A stretch of DNA of 64,000 bases from Desulfatiglandales bacterium (GTDB lineage: Bacteria; Desulfobacterota; DSM-4660; Desulfatiglandales; HGW-15): NCBI GenBank assembly GCA_963667015.2, contig CAXXJJ010000004.1, positions 2,560,001 to 2,624,000 of the forward strand, read 5' to 3'. The number at the start of each line of letters is the position of its first letter. The first letter of the stretch is position 1. Shown piece by piece: positions 21,140 to 33,134 of this stretch. The translations under genes and the position numbers were made by a program. The notes beneath the pieces are model-generated. The model was given only the letters and a program-made list of their open reading frames with translations. It had not been told where the DNA came from and searched no databases.

Positions 21140-21155
21140 ATCAATAATTGTGCCA
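21140..21155 (-). promoter_or_regulatory. Possible sigma54 promoter (variant -12)
   Basis: TGGCACAATTATTGAT, GG-N10-GA, upstream of the receiver/HK pair and beside a sigma54 activator. Confidence 0.4.
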
Positions 21156-21386
21156 CACACCGTCACTACAATTTAACATATTGATTTTACGATCTTTATC
21201 CAGACGAAATATAACAGGAAGAGATTGCGCGTTATCGGAAAAAAAGGGGAAAACCTTCTCAAAGCTGCAGCAGATCCAGGCTAACCATTTGAATTAACAT
21301 TAATTATTCCAGCAAGGTACTGCTCTCTACAAAATGGGGAACATCTTCCCCGTAAAATATACAACTACAGTAAAAATAACAATGAA

Positions 21387-23126
21387 TCAGGAAAGAAGAT
21401 TATATTTTTTCATCTTATTGAAAAGGGTCTTGCGATCGATCTTTAATGCATCTGCCGCCCTTGTTTTATGCCAGTTGTGGTTGTTAAGTGCCTTTTCCAG
21501 GATCTTTTTTTCATATGTTTCCATAGACTCGGCAAGTGAAAAACTGTCATCAAAATCCATATCCGGCAATTCTTCCCCGTAGACGGGATCTATTGAATCT
21601 ATTTCGATAAAATCCAGTTTTTTAAGAGTGATAAAACGATGAATCGTATTCTGAAGTTCGCGAACATTGCCGGGCCAGTCATAGCTGTGCAGGGCTTCCC
21701 TGATTTTTGCAGTTATCGGGGGAATATCTTTCTTGTCATACTGTTCAAGAAAATGATCCAGCAGCAGAGAAATATCCTCTTTTCTTTCCCTGAGGGGAGG
21801 CAGATAAACAGGGATAATCTGAATACGGTAAAAAAAGTCCTGGCGCATTAAACCCTTCCTGACCAGATCTTTAAGGTCCCGGTTGGTTGCCGCAATTATC
21901 CTTATATCTGTCTTTTTACTGACTGTACTGCCGACCGGCATATACCCCCTTCCCTCTATTGCCCTTAACAGTTTTACCTGCATGTTCATGGGAATCTCTC
22001 CGATTTCATCAAGAAAAAGGGTGCCGCCTTCGGCAATATCAAAAAAACCGTGTTTATCTTTTGTGGCCCCGGTAAAGGCGCCTTTTCTGTATCCAAAAAA
22101 CTCGCTTTCGATCAGGTTCTCGGGTATTGCGCCGCAGTTTACATAGATGAGTTTTTTGTTTTTTCTGTCGCTGTTATTATGGATCTCCCTGGCTACCAGT
22201 TCCTTGCCTGTACCCGACTCACCGTAGATAATTACGCCTGCATCCGAGGCAGAGGCATTAATAATGTTTTCATAGACCTCCTGCATGGCCTGGCTTTTCC
22301 CTATAATGCTGCCGAATTTATATCTGTCCGAAAGTGAAGCCTTCAGGCGCATATTTTCGGTCCTGAGGTACTGTTCCTGCTCTCGGAGATCTATTATCTC
22401 TTTTTTCCGTTCTGTAATATCATAAATAATTACCTGGCATTGCTCGAGGTTACCATCATGTCCTAAAATAGGTGACTGGACAACCTGAAACCATCTGCCG
22501 TCCTTTTTGCTCTGTATTTCATATGATCCCCCCTTTGTTTTGCACCATTTATTATGTGTTTCGGAATCAAAGAGTGCCTTATTGCACGTCTCTCCTGTGG
22601 CATCGTACCCGAGATAATTTACCAGGGAGGGGTTCATATAGGAAATCCTGCAATCTCTGTTACATGTAAAAACGAATCCGTTAAAATTTTCAATGATGGT
22701 ACTGAGCCTTTGTTCAAGACCTTTCTGATAGGCCTTGTTCTCCTTTCTCAACTGAGCTTTTTCCAGGGCCTGCTCAACTGCATGCTGCAAAAACACAAGG
22801 CTCGTTACAGGCTTTGTCTGATAATTCCATGCCCCCATTCTCAGGGCCTGTATAACATCGGCCATTTCTCCTTCTCCGGAAATCACGATAATAGGGGTGT
22901 CAGGTGATTCGAGGCTGATTGTTTCCAGGACCTGAAATCCGTTAACCTTGGGCATTCTCAAATCGACAAGAACTGCATCCGGTCTGTTTTCAAAGAACGA
23001 CTTTAATCCTTCCTCTCCATCTCCGGCACAAAAAATACTGAACCCCTGCCGTTTAAAAAACGTCTCAAGTACTTCACGAAAAAAGGGTTCATCATCAATT
23101 ATGAGGAGCCTGGTATCATCTGTCAT
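21387..23126 (-). CDS. sigma54-dependent response regulator (REC-PAS-AAA-Fis HTH)
   Basis: [32 protein letters not shown]. Confidence 0.95.
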   Translation of the reverse strand: MTDDTRLLIIDDEPFFREVLETFFKRQGFSIFCAGDGEEGLKSFFENRPDAVLVDLRMPKVNGFQVLETISLESPDTPIIVISGEGEMADVIQALRMGAWNYQTKPVTSLVFLQHAVEQALEKAQLRKENKAYQKGLEQRLSTIIENFNGFVFTCNRDCRISYMNPSLVNYLGYDATGETCNKALFDSETHNKWCKTKGGSYEIQSKKDGRWFQVVQSPILGHDGNLEQCQVIIYDITERKKEIIDLREQEQYLRTENMRLKASLSDRYKFGSIIGKSQAMQEVYENIINASASDAGVIIYGESGTGKELVAREIHNNSDRKNKKLIYVNCGAIPENLIESEFFGYRKGAFTGATKDKHGFFDIAEGGTLFLDEIGEIPMNMQVKLLRAIEGRGYMPVGSTVSKKTDIRIIAATNRDLKDLVRKGLMRQDFFYRIQIIPVYLPPLRERKEDISLLLDHFLEQYDKKDIPPITAKIREALHSYDWPGNVRELQNTIHRFITLKKLDFIEIDSIDPVYGEELPDMDFDDSFSLAESMETYEKKILEKALNNHNWHKTRAADALKIDRKTLFNKMKKYNLLS

Positions 23127-25307
23127 TATTTCCCTCTTCAAAAATAAGCCTTATTGCTCTGATCATCTCACTCATTATTATCGGTTTGGCAATAAACTCA
23201 AGCCTCATATCTCTTGTCTTTTTAAGATTTGCAAACATGTTATACCCGCTGCATAGAATAATCGGCATATCCGGGCATAATTCACGGATTTTTTCAGCCA
23301 GATCCAGCCCGCTCATGTCCGGCATTGTCATGTCTGTAATAATCAAATCATACTCAGACGGTGCCCTTTGAAATTCCTCAAGGGCATCAGTGCTGCGGTG
23401 AAAAACATTTATTCTGTAACCATACCTGCTCAATGCATCATATGCAATATCTGTAATTATCTTTTCATCATCAACAAAGAGTATACGTTCCTTGCCTTTC
23501 ATATTATACTGTATTCGGTTCTGTGTCTCACCCGGGACAGCCTCTCCCTCAAACACAGGCAGATATACATGAAATGACGTACCGACTCCCGGTTCGCTGT
23601 AGACATTTACTGCCCCCTCATGACTCTCAACTATGCCATGGACCACAGCAAGGCCCAGTCCCGTACCTTCTCCCAGTTTTTTTGTGGTAAAGTATGGTTC
23701 AAAGATTCGCTCCCTTGTCTTTTCATCCATACCGCACCCGCTATCACTGACTTCTATTTTTACATACATTCCCGGGTCAACCTGCTTTCCTGTAAAGTGT
23801 CCTCTTCGGATATCAGGACATCCTTAACAGATACAGCGAGCGTTCCTGCCCTGTCCCCCATTGCATGGTATGCATTGGTGCACAGGTTAAGAATAATCTG
23901 GTGAATCTGTGTAGCATCAGCAAAGACTGTATTCTCGGAAACAATTTCTTTTTTGATTTCGATCGATGTCGGGATTGTAGATCTTAACAGTTTCAGTGCC
24001 TCATTTACAATCATTGATATTCGGACAGGCTGTTTTTCCTGTTCAGTCTGCCTGCTTATTGTCAGTATCTGCTTTATAAGCTCCTTTGCCCTCTGGGCTG
24101 CCCTGCTTAATTCATCAAGGTCACCGGCGACCTTTTCTGGAGAATCGATGTCCATTCGCGCCAGGTCAGTAAAACCGAATATTATTGAAAGGATATTGTT
24201 GAAATCATGGGCAATACCTCCTGCCAGGGTTCCTATGGCCTCCATTTTCTGAGTCCTGCGGAGCTGATGCTCAAGCTTTTTCCTCTCTTCCTCTGCCTTT
24301 TTTCTCTCTGTAATATCTTTAATTACACTCAGCACATGCCTTTCATTGCGGATTTCAATGAGCTCCCCCGAATACTGGCAAATAACGGGTTCGCCAGATT
24401 TTTTAAACATCTGCACTTCAAGGTCCCTCACCTTCCCCTTTTCCATGAGCTTTGACATTATCTGGTCCCTGTCTTTTTTTCCGGACCAGATTCCGACATC
24501 AACTGATTCACGATAGAGGGCTTCATCCCTTTTTAAACCAAACATCTTTTCAAAACCGCTGTTAACCTCTACAAGTTTACCGGTTTCAAATGATGAAATT
24601 ATTATCGAGTCAGGACTTGAATAGAATGCCTTTGAAAACTTCTCTTCCGAGTTTCTCAAATCTTGTTCTGCCTTATTTCTTTCTGTTACATCTCTCAAAA
24701 TCCACTGGCCTATTCCTTTTTCAAGATCAATAATGCTGGTGCTTACTTCAGCGTGGATCAATTCACCATTTGACTTGACAAGCCTGTCCGCAAGTATTTT
24801 ATGGGCGTACATCTCAAAATTTTCAACTTCTTCGGTTACTTTCCGCCTTGCATCATCATGCTGAAGATCGGGAATAGACATTCCAAGAAGCTGCTCCCTG
24901 GTGTACCCTAGCGCATCGCAGACCTTCTGATTTACATCAATGATTTTTCCCAGCCTGTGAATTACGATCAGGTCGTTTGACGCCTCAAAAAGCCTTCGGT
25001 ACCGGTCCTCACTCTTCTCCAGATCACTTACCGCGATATTCTGCAGGATGGCATAAAAGAAAAAGGCCCACATCATTGGAATCATGGCACCTATCAAATC
25101 TTCATAGGTTTCAAAAAAACTGGTTATGCCCATCCACTCGAGAAAAAGACACAAACCGTAGAGGGTATTGAATGTTATAAGGGCGGATAAAATAAATCTG
25201 GTATCCAGCTGGAGGTTTTTCTTCCGGCCTGCGATTAAAATAAAAAATGCCGCCAGTGACGCCAATATAAAAAGGATATCTATGAATGCGATAGAATAGA
25301 CCATCAC
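23116..25307 (-). pseudogene. Membrane PAS-PAS hybrid histidine kinase split by a frameshift near 23775
   Basis: ORF 23760-25307 has TM, PAS, H-box AHDFNN, N-box; ORF 23116-23769 continues HATPase (VSDSGCGM, G2) and REC in another frame. Confidence 0.85.
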
Positions 25308-25576
25308 TGCTCACCGCTTCCCTTAAAGACCAGATAGCACCAGGTGGTCAGCATAACACCGCTTCCGGCGTAGCAGGAGTGTTCAAGATAATTAAAAAAA
25401 TGTTCCAGGAAAAAAACCTCGATGATTGTTGATATACTGGCAATAAGGAGCAGAAAAAAACTTGCGAAGAGGAGTCCCCATCCTCTGGATTTGGCAAGGG
25501 TCTTCCTTTTAAAGCAGATAAAGATCAGAACGCCTATACAAAGAAAAAGCATTACAATTTCATTTTCATGAAACAA
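25304..25576 (-). CDS. Small 3-TM membrane protein coupled to the kinase
   Basis: Hydrophobic 90 aa, overlaps kinase start, GGGGAG RBS. Confidence 0.7.
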   Translation of the reverse strand: MFHENEIVMLFLCIGVLIFICFKRKTLAKSRGWGLLFASFFLLLIASISTIIEVFFLEHFFNYLEHSCYAGSGVMLTTWCYLVFKGSGEQ

Positions 25577-25631
25577 TCGAGATCTCCCCTGTGTATTTTT
25601 TCAGATAAAAAAGCCTTGAAAAGATTAAGCA

Positions 25632-25647
25632 TGCACAATTAATGCCA
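25632..25647 (-). promoter_or_regulatory. sigma54 -24/-12 promoter
   Basis: TGGCATTAATTGTGCA (GG-N10-GC), 56 nt upstream of the operon. Confidence 0.55.
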
Positions 25648-25782
25648 ATATTTTCTGACAGTTAGATTAACTGCCCGTTTAATATGAGCAAATTTCCCGG
25701 CCCGGGAATTTATTGACAAAAAATGATTATACCGCTACATATTTTATGACTCTAACTTATTAATATGAAAGGTAATATCGGC

Positions 25783-26709
25783 ATGAAAATAATTGTAACA
25801 GGCTCAATGGCATATGACAGGATTATGGAATTTCCCGGCAGGTTTTCCGAGCATATCCTTCCGGAAAAAATTGACAATCTGAATGTCTGCTTCACAGTTA
25901 ACGGGATGATGGAACGCTTCGGCGGCACAGCGGGCAATATTGCCTATGCCCTGAAGCTTATGGGGGAAAACCCCGAAATATCCGCAACCATTGGCCAGGA
26001 TCATGGAAAGTACATGGAATGGCTTGCTGAAAATGAAATCTCCAAAGATATGGTCAGGGTTATGGAGGATGATTTCACTGCATGCGCCTTTATTACCACA
26101 GATAAAACAGGTAATCAGATCACGGTCTTTAATATCGGGGCAATGAATAATTCTTCATGTCTGGATTTTGACACCCTTGACCCGGAAGAGACCATACTGA
26201 TCATATCACCCGGCAACCTGGATGATATGATAAATTACCCCCGGATATGTAAAGAAAAGGGGATCGATTATATATTTGATCCGGGTCAGCAGCTTCCAGT
26301 AATCCCGCCCGAAGACCTGAAAAAATCGATTGACGGATGCCGTATTCTCATATCCAATGAGTATGAGCTTGATATGATCATGAATCTGACCGGGATGGAT
26401 AAAGGTGCACTCCTCGGATGCACGGATACAATTATCATGACAAGGGGAGGATTGGGTTCCAGGATAATAACAGCAGAAGGAGAAACAGATATTCCGGTGA
26501 ACAGGGCTGACAAGGTGCTGGACCCCACCGGTGCCGGAGATGCATTCAGAGGCGGATTTCTCACGGGGCTTGTAAGGGGCATGGATACAGAGAAGAGTGC
26601 AGTGCTTGGCAGTGTTTGCGCCTCCTTTTCCGTTGAATGCTACGGTACCCAGGAATATACATTCAGCAATGAGGAATTTGAAAAAAGACTCAATCATGGC
26701 GACTGTTAA
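25783..26709 (+). CDS. PfkB-family kinase (adenosine/nucleoside kinase-like)
   Basis: GS.AYD.IM.FPG.F, GG.AGNIAY, DPGQQ, NEYE, DPTGAGDAF. Confidence 0.92.
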   Translation: MKIIVTGSMAYDRIMEFPGRFSEHILPEKIDNLNVCFTVNGMMERFGGTAGNIAYALKLMGENPEISATIGQDHGKYMEWLAENEISKDMVRVMEDDFTACAFITTDKTGNQITVFNIGAMNNSSCLDFDTLDPEETILIISPGNLDDMINYPRICKEKGIDYIFDPGQQLPVIPPEDLKKSIDGCRILISNEYELDMIMNLTGMDKGALLGCTDTIIMTRGGLGSRIITAEGETDIPVNRADKVLDPTGAGDAFRGGFLTGLVRGMDTEKSAVLGSVCASFSVECYGTQEYTFSNEEFEKRLNHGDC

Positions 26710-26828
26710 AATAGCAGGAAGGGCAGGAAAAATAATGTTTAACACCGGCATATGATTTTTATATAATGATTGAATATGAAGACAAATAAAGTAACAATCT
26801 GCAAAATGAATATTCGGAGAAAAGAGAA

Positions 26829-27470
26829 ATGACAAAGACAAAAGAATGGGCAGAATCGCTTAATATTGATACACAGGATATTTTACCTCCTTCGGAAGAT
26901 ATTACTGAAAGTTACTGCCGAACGGCCAGTGAAGTAGCTACACGTACGATCATACTGCATTCGATAGTGGCTGCCGCTGCCGGGATTGACATGGAACGCA
27001 TCACCGGATGGCTGCAGGATCAAAACCTGTGGGAGCATGTATCTCCCCGCGAACGCTCAATCCTTCAGTCCCCGAGAAGATTCAAAGAGGATCGGTCCGG
27101 GGCTCACTGGCTCCAGGAGGCCCAGTGGGCACTTCTGTGGACTATTCAAAAGGTCGAAGGTCTTGGCCTGCCGACTAAAACCTGTGACCATATAAAACTG
27201 GTTGATGATATCATGCCTGTTCTTGGCGGTGATGATATAGACCTGTTCATCTCCTCTGTAGAATTCAGGCCGGCGGCAGAAATCAGCGCAGAGAATGACC
27301 GTATCAGCAGGATCTATTACCACGCCCAGAAGGCAGCGGATAAAGACGAGATGCCTGAAGATCTTATTTACGGTGTTCTGTATAACCGTTATCTTTCATT
27401 CAGATGGCTTACCACTGATGAACCATGGGATGAAGTTGATATGGGTATCGAAGAACTCAATTTTGACTGA
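26829..27470 (+). CDS. DUF4272-like protein
   Basis: WL....LW..VSP.E, W..EA..ALLW, R...F.WL...PWDEV. Confidence 0.65.
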   Translation: MTKTKEWAESLNIDTQDILPPSEDITESYCRTASEVATRTIILHSIVAAAAGIDMERITGWLQDQNLWEHVSPRERSILQSPRRFKEDRSGAHWLQEAQWALLWTIQKVEGLGLPTKTCDHIKLVDDIMPVLGGDDIDLFISSVEFRPAAEISAENDRISRIYYHAQKAADKDEMPEDLIYGVLYNRYLSFRWLTTDEPWDEVDMGIEELNFD

Positions 27471-27493
27471 TTCTCAATTCCGGACATAAAACT

Positions 27494-28222
27494 ATGAAAA
27501 TAAAAATACTTGGAACAGGAGGGGCAATCAATAACGGGCTCCCCTATAATGCATTTATCATCAATGAAGATTTTCTTGTCGAAACACCTCCCGACATAAT
27601 GAACAGCCTGTTCAGGGAAGGTATAGACAGACAGAAGATTTCTTTAATTTATATCTCACATTTCCATGCGGACCACTGTTTCGGCATCCCTTTTCTTCTT
27701 TTAAGCAACTTTAATGACAAATACGAGACACGCATCAAAATAATCGGCCCTGAAGGGATCAAAAAAAGGGTAGAAGAAATGTGTACACTGGCCTTTGGCA
27801 GGCAGCACAGAATGCAGGAATGGATCAGACAGCATATTGTTTATCAGGAAATTGAAAAGGGAAAAACTGTAGAAATAGACACACAATACAAACTTACGCC
27901 CTTTAAGACCTTTCACTCTCCCGATACATACGGCTTTATATTGGAATCCGAAGGTAAAAAAACAGCCTACATTGCCGATACATACTGGGATGACAGCCTT
28001 CTTGAATATATAAAGGATGCTGATACCATTCTGATTGACTTAAATGGTGACAGATCGGATGAGGCTAAAATACATATTTCGGAAGAAGACCTGACGCAAT
28101 ATGCCATCCCGAAATTAAAAAACAAAAATATCAAATTTTACGGGACACACCTGAAGGAAAATAAGACATCTGAAAATAAGAATATCCACTATCTGGTGCC
28201 GGGCGAAAAAATAGAGGCCTGA
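27494..28222 (+). CDS. Metallo-beta-lactamase fold hydrolase (RNase Z-like)
   Basis: LGTGGA, SHFHADH..G, H...YG, YIADT, TH. Confidence 0.85.
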   Translation: MKIKILGTGGAINNGLPYNAFIINEDFLVETPPDIMNSLFREGIDRQKISLIYISHFHADHCFGIPFLLLSNFNDKYETRIKIIGPEGIKKRVEEMCTLAFGRQHRMQEWIRQHIVYQEIEKGKTVEIDTQYKLTPFKTFHSPDTYGFILESEGKKTAYIADTYWDDSLLEYIKDADTILIDLNGDRSDEAKIHISEEDLTQYAIPKLKNKNIKFYGTHLKENKTSENKNIHYLVPGEKIEA

Positions 28223-28233
28223 TTTTTTTATTG

Positions 28234-28890
28234 TTACTTCTTCTCATTCACAAATTCCCGATGTGAATAATTGAACAGTTCTTCCGAAATCTTTCTCAGT
28301 TCAGGTGAACATACTGCCAGCCTGTATTCCCTGCCCTGCGCAAACTTTTTCCAGAAGGGAGGAAGACTGTCCATCCTCGATACCATACCGCCTTCAGGGT
28401 CTTCGGCAATATAATACATCTTTTTAATGCCTGCGTTTATTATACGTGTGAGGCACATGGGGCATGGCTCCATGGAACTTATCAGCACAAGGTCTTCACA
28501 TTTTCTTGGATCAAATCCCGAATTTTTGCCGCCCTTCTTTCTGAGCCGGTCTTCCCACCTTGTCAAAAGGTCCATCTCGCCATGAAGATCGCTCCTGAAA
28601 TAGGGTGAATACTGCCTGTTTCGACCTGTTGCAACTACCTCACCGGTCTTTTCATTCACCAGACAGGCTCCTATTCCTCCTGATCCGTTCTTCAGTGCCA
28701 CCAGCGCCTGTTTGACGACAAGCAGTCCGTAAATATCGTCCCTGTATTCCGGGTCGGGGTTATACGCCTCTATGCGTTTCTCAATATCCGATAGCCCGGC
28801 AGATTGAGTGTCCCCGGCGCTGATAATCCCGGTTGAGAAAAAGAGCATGGCAGATACAAGGCAAAGCAGAGTTTTTAAAAATCTTTCCAT
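28234..28890 (-). CDS. Zn-dependent nucleoside/nucleobase deaminase with signal peptide
   Basis: HGE and EPCPMC motifs; N-terminal signal-like segment. Confidence 0.85.
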   Translation of the reverse strand: MERFLKTLLCLVSAMLFFSTGIISAGDTQSAGLSDIEKRIEAYNPDPEYRDDIYGLLVVKQALVALKNGSGGIGACLVNEKTGEVVATGRNRQYSPYFRSDLHGEMDLLTRWEDRLRKKGGKNSGFDPRKCEDLVLISSMEPCPMCLTRIINAGIKKMYYIAEDPEGGMVSRMDSLPPFWKKFAQGREYRLAVCSPELRKISEELFNYSHREFVNEKK

Positions 28891-29035
28891 TGGTTTCCTC
28901 CCTTAGAAAACATGTGGAGTCTTATACATTTTAATTATTCTGTCTTCAAGTCAAAGAGATTTGATAATACTGTATACCCCGTACAGGCCCCGGCTTCAGG
29001 CACCCACCGTACAGGGTATAAAGTCATTATTTTAT

Positions 29036-31297
29036 CTACTGCAGAAGTTTCCGGAAGGGATTGTTAAAGGGCTCGGGTTTCCGTTTCTCCATCCGTTTGT
29101 TCCTGTTGCCTGCGGGTGAAGATTTCTGTTTTGCCGGACCCGGTGAGGTCTCTACAGGATCGGGATTTTCCTTCATGGAAAGGGATATCCTGTTTCGGGC
29201 CAGATCAACTTCCATAACAGTTACCTTGACCCTCTGGTTGACCTTTACCTCCTTATGGGGGTCCTTTACAAAACGGTCTGCAAGCTGACTTACATGAACA
29301 AGCCCGTCCTGGTGAACACCTATATCAACAAAGGCCCCAAAGGCCGTTACATTGGTTATAACCCCGGGGAGTCTCATACCCGGTTTTACGTCTGTTATTT
29401 TTTCAACACCGTCCGTAAATTTAAAAAGCTCAAACTGCTCCCTCGGGTCGCGTCCCGGTTTTGCCAGTTCATCCATGATGTCGGTAAGGGTGGGCATGCC
29501 AATGGAATCGGTGACATATCTTGAGAGATCAATTCCCTTCCTCACATCTTCCTTGCTGATAAGTTCACCAATGGAGCAGTCCACATCCATAGCCATTTTT
29601 TCCACGATATGGTACGCCTCCGGGTGAACCGCGCTTGCGTCCAGGGGATTTACGCCTCCCCTGATCCTTAAAAACCCTGCTGCCTGCTCAAAGGCCTTCG
29701 GCCCAAGCCTGGGGACCTTTTTAAGATCATCACGGCTCGAAAGCGGTCCGTTTTCATCCCTGAACTTTATGATATTCTTTGCCAGCTGCGGGCCAAGGCC
29801 CGACACATAGGCAAAAAGCTGTTCACTTGCGGTGTTCACCTCTACACCTACCCTGTTTACGCAGCTTACCACAACATCATCAAGCCCCTCCTTGAGGGCC
29901 TGCTGGTTAACATCATGCTGGTACTGCCCCACACCTATGGATTTGGGATCGATCTTTACCAGCTCTGCCAGCGGGTCCATGAGCCTGCGGCCTATGGAAA
30001 CAGAACCCCTGTATGATATATCAAGATCAGGGAACTCATTTCTTGCGGCCTCGGATGCGGAGTAGACCGATGCGCCGCTCTCGTTTACCATGGATACGAT
30101 TATCCCGGCGGGCAGGCCCAGGCCTCTTACAAATGTCTCGGTCTCCCTTCCGGCAGTGCCGTTTCCTATGGCAATGGCCTCAACCTCATATTTTGCAGCC
30201 AGGGCCCTTACAATGTTTTCCGCACTCGAAAGTGCCTCGTTTGAACCAAAGGGGTAGATTGTCTCATGGCAGAGAAGTTTTCCCTGGGCGTCCAGGCACA
30301 CCACCTTGCATCCGGTCCTTATTCCGGGGTCAATGGCCATTACCCTTTTCTGGCCCAGAAAGGGAGCAAGAAGCAGCTCCCTCAGGTTGTTTGAAAACAC
30401 GGATATGGCTGTTTCATCTGCCTGTCGCTTTGTCTCAAGGCGTACTTCCGTTTCCATGGACATGGAAAGAAGCCGCCTGTAACAGTCATGTGCAGCCTCA
30501 AGGACCTGTAATGACGCAGGACACTCGCCCTTTACAAAAAGTCCTTCAAGTATCTTAAGGGCCTCTTCCTGCGGAGGGGTGACCTTCATTGTGATAAAGC
30601 CCTCCTTTTCCCCTCTCCGCATGGCGAGTATCCTGTGGGAAGGGGCGTTAACTGCCGGCTCCGACCATTCAAAGTAATCCTTGAACTTTGATCCTTCGGT
30701 CTCCTTGCCCTTGATTATATTTGTCTGGAATATGCTCTTGTCCATGAAGAAGGCCCTCATGGCCTCCCTTGCGGCCTGGTCTTCGTTAATCTTTTCGGCA
30801 ATTATATCCCTTGCGCCGGCCAGCGCATCTTCAACGGATTCCACACCCTTTTCTGCATCAATGTATTTTTCCGCCTCAAGAGCAGGGTCTGTCTCAGCGA
30901 GCTGTTCCCATATAAGGTCTGCAAGGGGTTCAAGGCCCTTTTCCTTTGCCATGGTCGCCCTTGTTCGTCTCTTGGGTTTGTAGGGAAGATATATGTCTTC
31001 AAGTTCGGACATGGTCTGAGCCTTTACTATCTTATCTTCCAGCTCGGGTGTCAGAAGCTCCCTTTCCTTCATGGAATCCAGTATGCTATCCCTGCGTTTA
31101 TCCAGTTCCTTTAACTGTTCCAGTCTGTCCCTTATCTTTATAATTGCAACTTCATCCAGGGTACCTGTTGCCTCTTTCCTGTACCTGGCAATAAAGGGTA
31201 CTGTAGACCCGTCATCCAGGAGTTTTGCAACCGCGTCCACCTGCTGTAATTTAAGACCAAGTTCTTCTGCAATCTTCAATCCATGTTCAATGCTCAT
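29036..31297 (-). CDS. tex: Tex RNA-binding transcriptional accessory protein
   Basis: TVPFIARYRKE, DPG.RTGCK, DPLAELVKIDPKSIGVGQYQHD, S1 domain. Confidence 0.97.
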   Translation of the reverse strand: MSIEHGLKIAEELGLKLQQVDAVAKLLDDGSTVPFIARYRKEATGTLDEVAIIKIRDRLEQLKELDKRRDSILDSMKERELLTPELEDKIVKAQTMSELEDIYLPYKPKRRTRATMAKEKGLEPLADLIWEQLAETDPALEAEKYIDAEKGVESVEDALAGARDIIAEKINEDQAAREAMRAFFMDKSIFQTNIIKGKETEGSKFKDYFEWSEPAVNAPSHRILAMRRGEKEGFITMKVTPPQEEALKILEGLFVKGECPASLQVLEAAHDCYRRLLSMSMETEVRLETKRQADETAISVFSNNLRELLLAPFLGQKRVMAIDPGIRTGCKVVCLDAQGKLLCHETIYPFGSNEALSSAENIVRALAAKYEVEAIAIGNGTAGRETETFVRGLGLPAGIIVSMVNESGASVYSASEAARNEFPDLDISYRGSVSIGRRLMDPLAELVKIDPKSIGVGQYQHDVNQQALKEGLDDVVVSCVNRVGVEVNTASEQLFAYVSGLGPQLAKNIIKFRDENGPLSSRDDLKKVPRLGPKAFEQAAGFLRIRGGVNPLDASAVHPEAYHIVEKMAMDVDCSIGELISKEDVRKGIDLSRYVTDSIGMPTLTDIMDELAKPGRDPREQFELFKFTDGVEKITDVKPGMRLPGVITNVTAFGAFVDIGVHQDGLVHVSQLADRFVKDPHKEVKVNQRVKVTVMEVDLARNRISLSMKENPDPVETSPGPAKQKSSPAGNRNKRMEKRKPEPFNNPFRKLLQ

Positions 31298-31309
31298 TCT
31301 TTCCCTTTC

Positions 31310-32899
31310 CTATGAATCATATTCTATTGTCTTATCAAATACCACATCAGGGTAGTCCTTCATTGCCCTCTCCAAATGCCATTCACTGGGGGCAAGAAAG
31401 GTAAGCTGGCCTTCGGCATTAAATGCAAGGTTGCTGGAATTTTTCTTTTCAAAATCCTTCATCTGTTTCGGGTTATCAGAACTCACCCATCTTGCGGTTA
31501 TATATCTTGAAGGCTCAAAAACCGTTTCAGCCCCGTACTCCTTTAAAAGGCGTGCAGCAGTAACCTCAAACTGGAGAACACCTACTGCACCAAGGATATA
31601 CTCGCTGCTGTTGACAGGCCTGAACACCTGGATTGCACCCTCTTCCGCAAGATGAAGCAGTCCCTTTGAAAGCTGTTTAGTCTTCATGGGATTTTTTATC
31701 CTGATGACCCTGAAATGCTGTGGTGCAAAACTCGGGATACCGGTAAACCTGAGGGGCTCTTTATCCGTAAATGTATCGCCTATCTTTATGGTGCCGTGAT
31801 TGTGTATGCCTATGATGTCGCCCGGGTAGGCCTCTTCAACATTTTCCCTGTCCTGGGCCATGAGAATGGTGGCATTTCCCAGCGAAACCTGTTTTCCGAT
31901 CCTGTGGTGCATCACCTTCATACCCCTTGTAAACTTCCCGGAACAGACACGCATAAAGGCTATTCTGTCGCGGTGTGCAGGGTCCATGTTAGCCTGTATC
32001 TTAAATATAAAACCTGAAAAGGCCTCTTCATAGGGTGAGACCTCCCTTGATACGGCCATCCTGGGATAGGGCGCCGGAGCCATTTCAATAAAGGCATCCA
32101 AAAGTTCCCTCACACCAAAGTTGTTTACCGCGCTTCCGAAAAAGACCGGGGTCTGGGAACCTGTGAGGTAATGTTCAAGCTCAAAGGGGTTTGCAGCACC
32201 TTCAAGGAGTTCCACGTCTTCCCTGAGCTGATCAGCCTGGCTTCCCAGCAGTTCATCGAGCCTGGGATCATTGATATCATTTATTGTTATACCGTCAGTG
32301 AGCCGGGTTACCCCGCCTGCGGTAAACAGGTGCAGTTCCTTTTTATAGAGGTTATAAACACCCCTGAACCTTTTTCCCATTCCAATGGGCCAGGAAAGGG
32401 GTGAGCACTCAACCTGGAGTTTATCCTCTATATCGGCCATGATATCCAGGGGGAGCAGGCCGTCACGGTCGAGCTTGTTTATGAATGTCATGATGGGGGT
32501 ATTGCGCATGCGGCAGACCTCCATGAGTTTTTCAGTCTGGGGTTCAACACCCTTTGCACTGTCAATGATCATCATGGCGCTGTCAACAGCCGTCAACACC
32601 CGGTATGTATCTTCGGAAAAGTCCTGGTGACCGGGGGTATCCAGGAGATTTATCTCAAAATCCCTGTAATTGAACTTCATTGCAGAGGCCGTTACGGAAA
32701 TACCCCTCTCCTGTTCAATGGCCATCCAGTCGCTTGTGGCATGCCTTGCCGCCTTTCTGGCCTTTACCGCCCCTGCCTGCTGTATTGCCCCTCCAAATAG
32801 GAGGAGTTTTTCGGTTAATGTTGTTTTTCCGGCATCCGGGTGACTGATAATCCCGAAGTTCCTCCGCCGGTCCACCTCTTTTTTGTGCTGCTTGTTCAA
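31310..32899 (-). CDS. prfC: Peptide chain release factor 3
   Basis: [39 protein letters not shown]. Confidence 0.98.
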   Translation of the reverse strand: MNKQHKKEVDRRRNFGIISHPDAGKTTLTEKLLLFGGAIQQAGAVKARKAARHATSDWMAIEQERGISVTASAMKFNYRDFEINLLDTPGHQDFSEDTYRVLTAVDSAMMIIDSAKGVEPQTEKLMEVCRMRNTPIMTFINKLDRDGLLPLDIMADIEDKLQVECSPLSWPIGMGKRFRGVYNLYKKELHLFTAGGVTRLTDGITINDINDPRLDELLGSQADQLREDVELLEGAANPFELEHYLTGSQTPVFFGSAVNNFGVRELLDAFIEMAPAPYPRMAVSREVSPYEEAFSGFIFKIQANMDPAHRDRIAFMRVCSGKFTRGMKVMHHRIGKQVSLGNATILMAQDRENVEEAYPGDIIGIHNHGTIKIGDTFTDKEPLRFTGIPSFAPQHFRVIRIKNPMKTKQLSKGLLHLAEEGAIQVFRPVNSSEYILGAVGVLQFEVTAARLLKEYGAETVFEPSRYITARWVSSDNPKQMKDFEKKNSSNLAFNAEGQLTFLAPSEWHLERAMKDYPDVVFDKTIEYDS

Positions 32900-33020
32900 A
32901 ACAAAATCCTCTTTTAAATTATATAAAAAACCGGACCCGCAGGAGCCCGGTTTTTAGAGATGGGCTATTATATTCATAAATATGAAAAGGTCAATGGGGA
33001 GGAAAAAGATTAAAAAACAG

Positions 33021-33062
33021 GGTCTCTCGTGACCGAAGGGAACGGGCGAGAGAATAAAAAAT
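33021..33062 (+). repeat. Internally deleted copy of intergenic repeat
   Basis: GGTCTCTC joined to 34 bp identical to 41591-41624. Confidence 0.8.
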
Positions 33063-33105
33063 TGTCTTAAGTGACGCTAATTGCTGATTTTTTTAGCAAA
33101 TTATC

Positions 33106-33134
33106 TTGACAGTTTTTCAGTCTCACTTTATTAT
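33106..33134 (+). promoter_or_regulatory. sigma70 promoter
   Basis: TTGACA-17-TATTAT. Confidence 0.7.
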
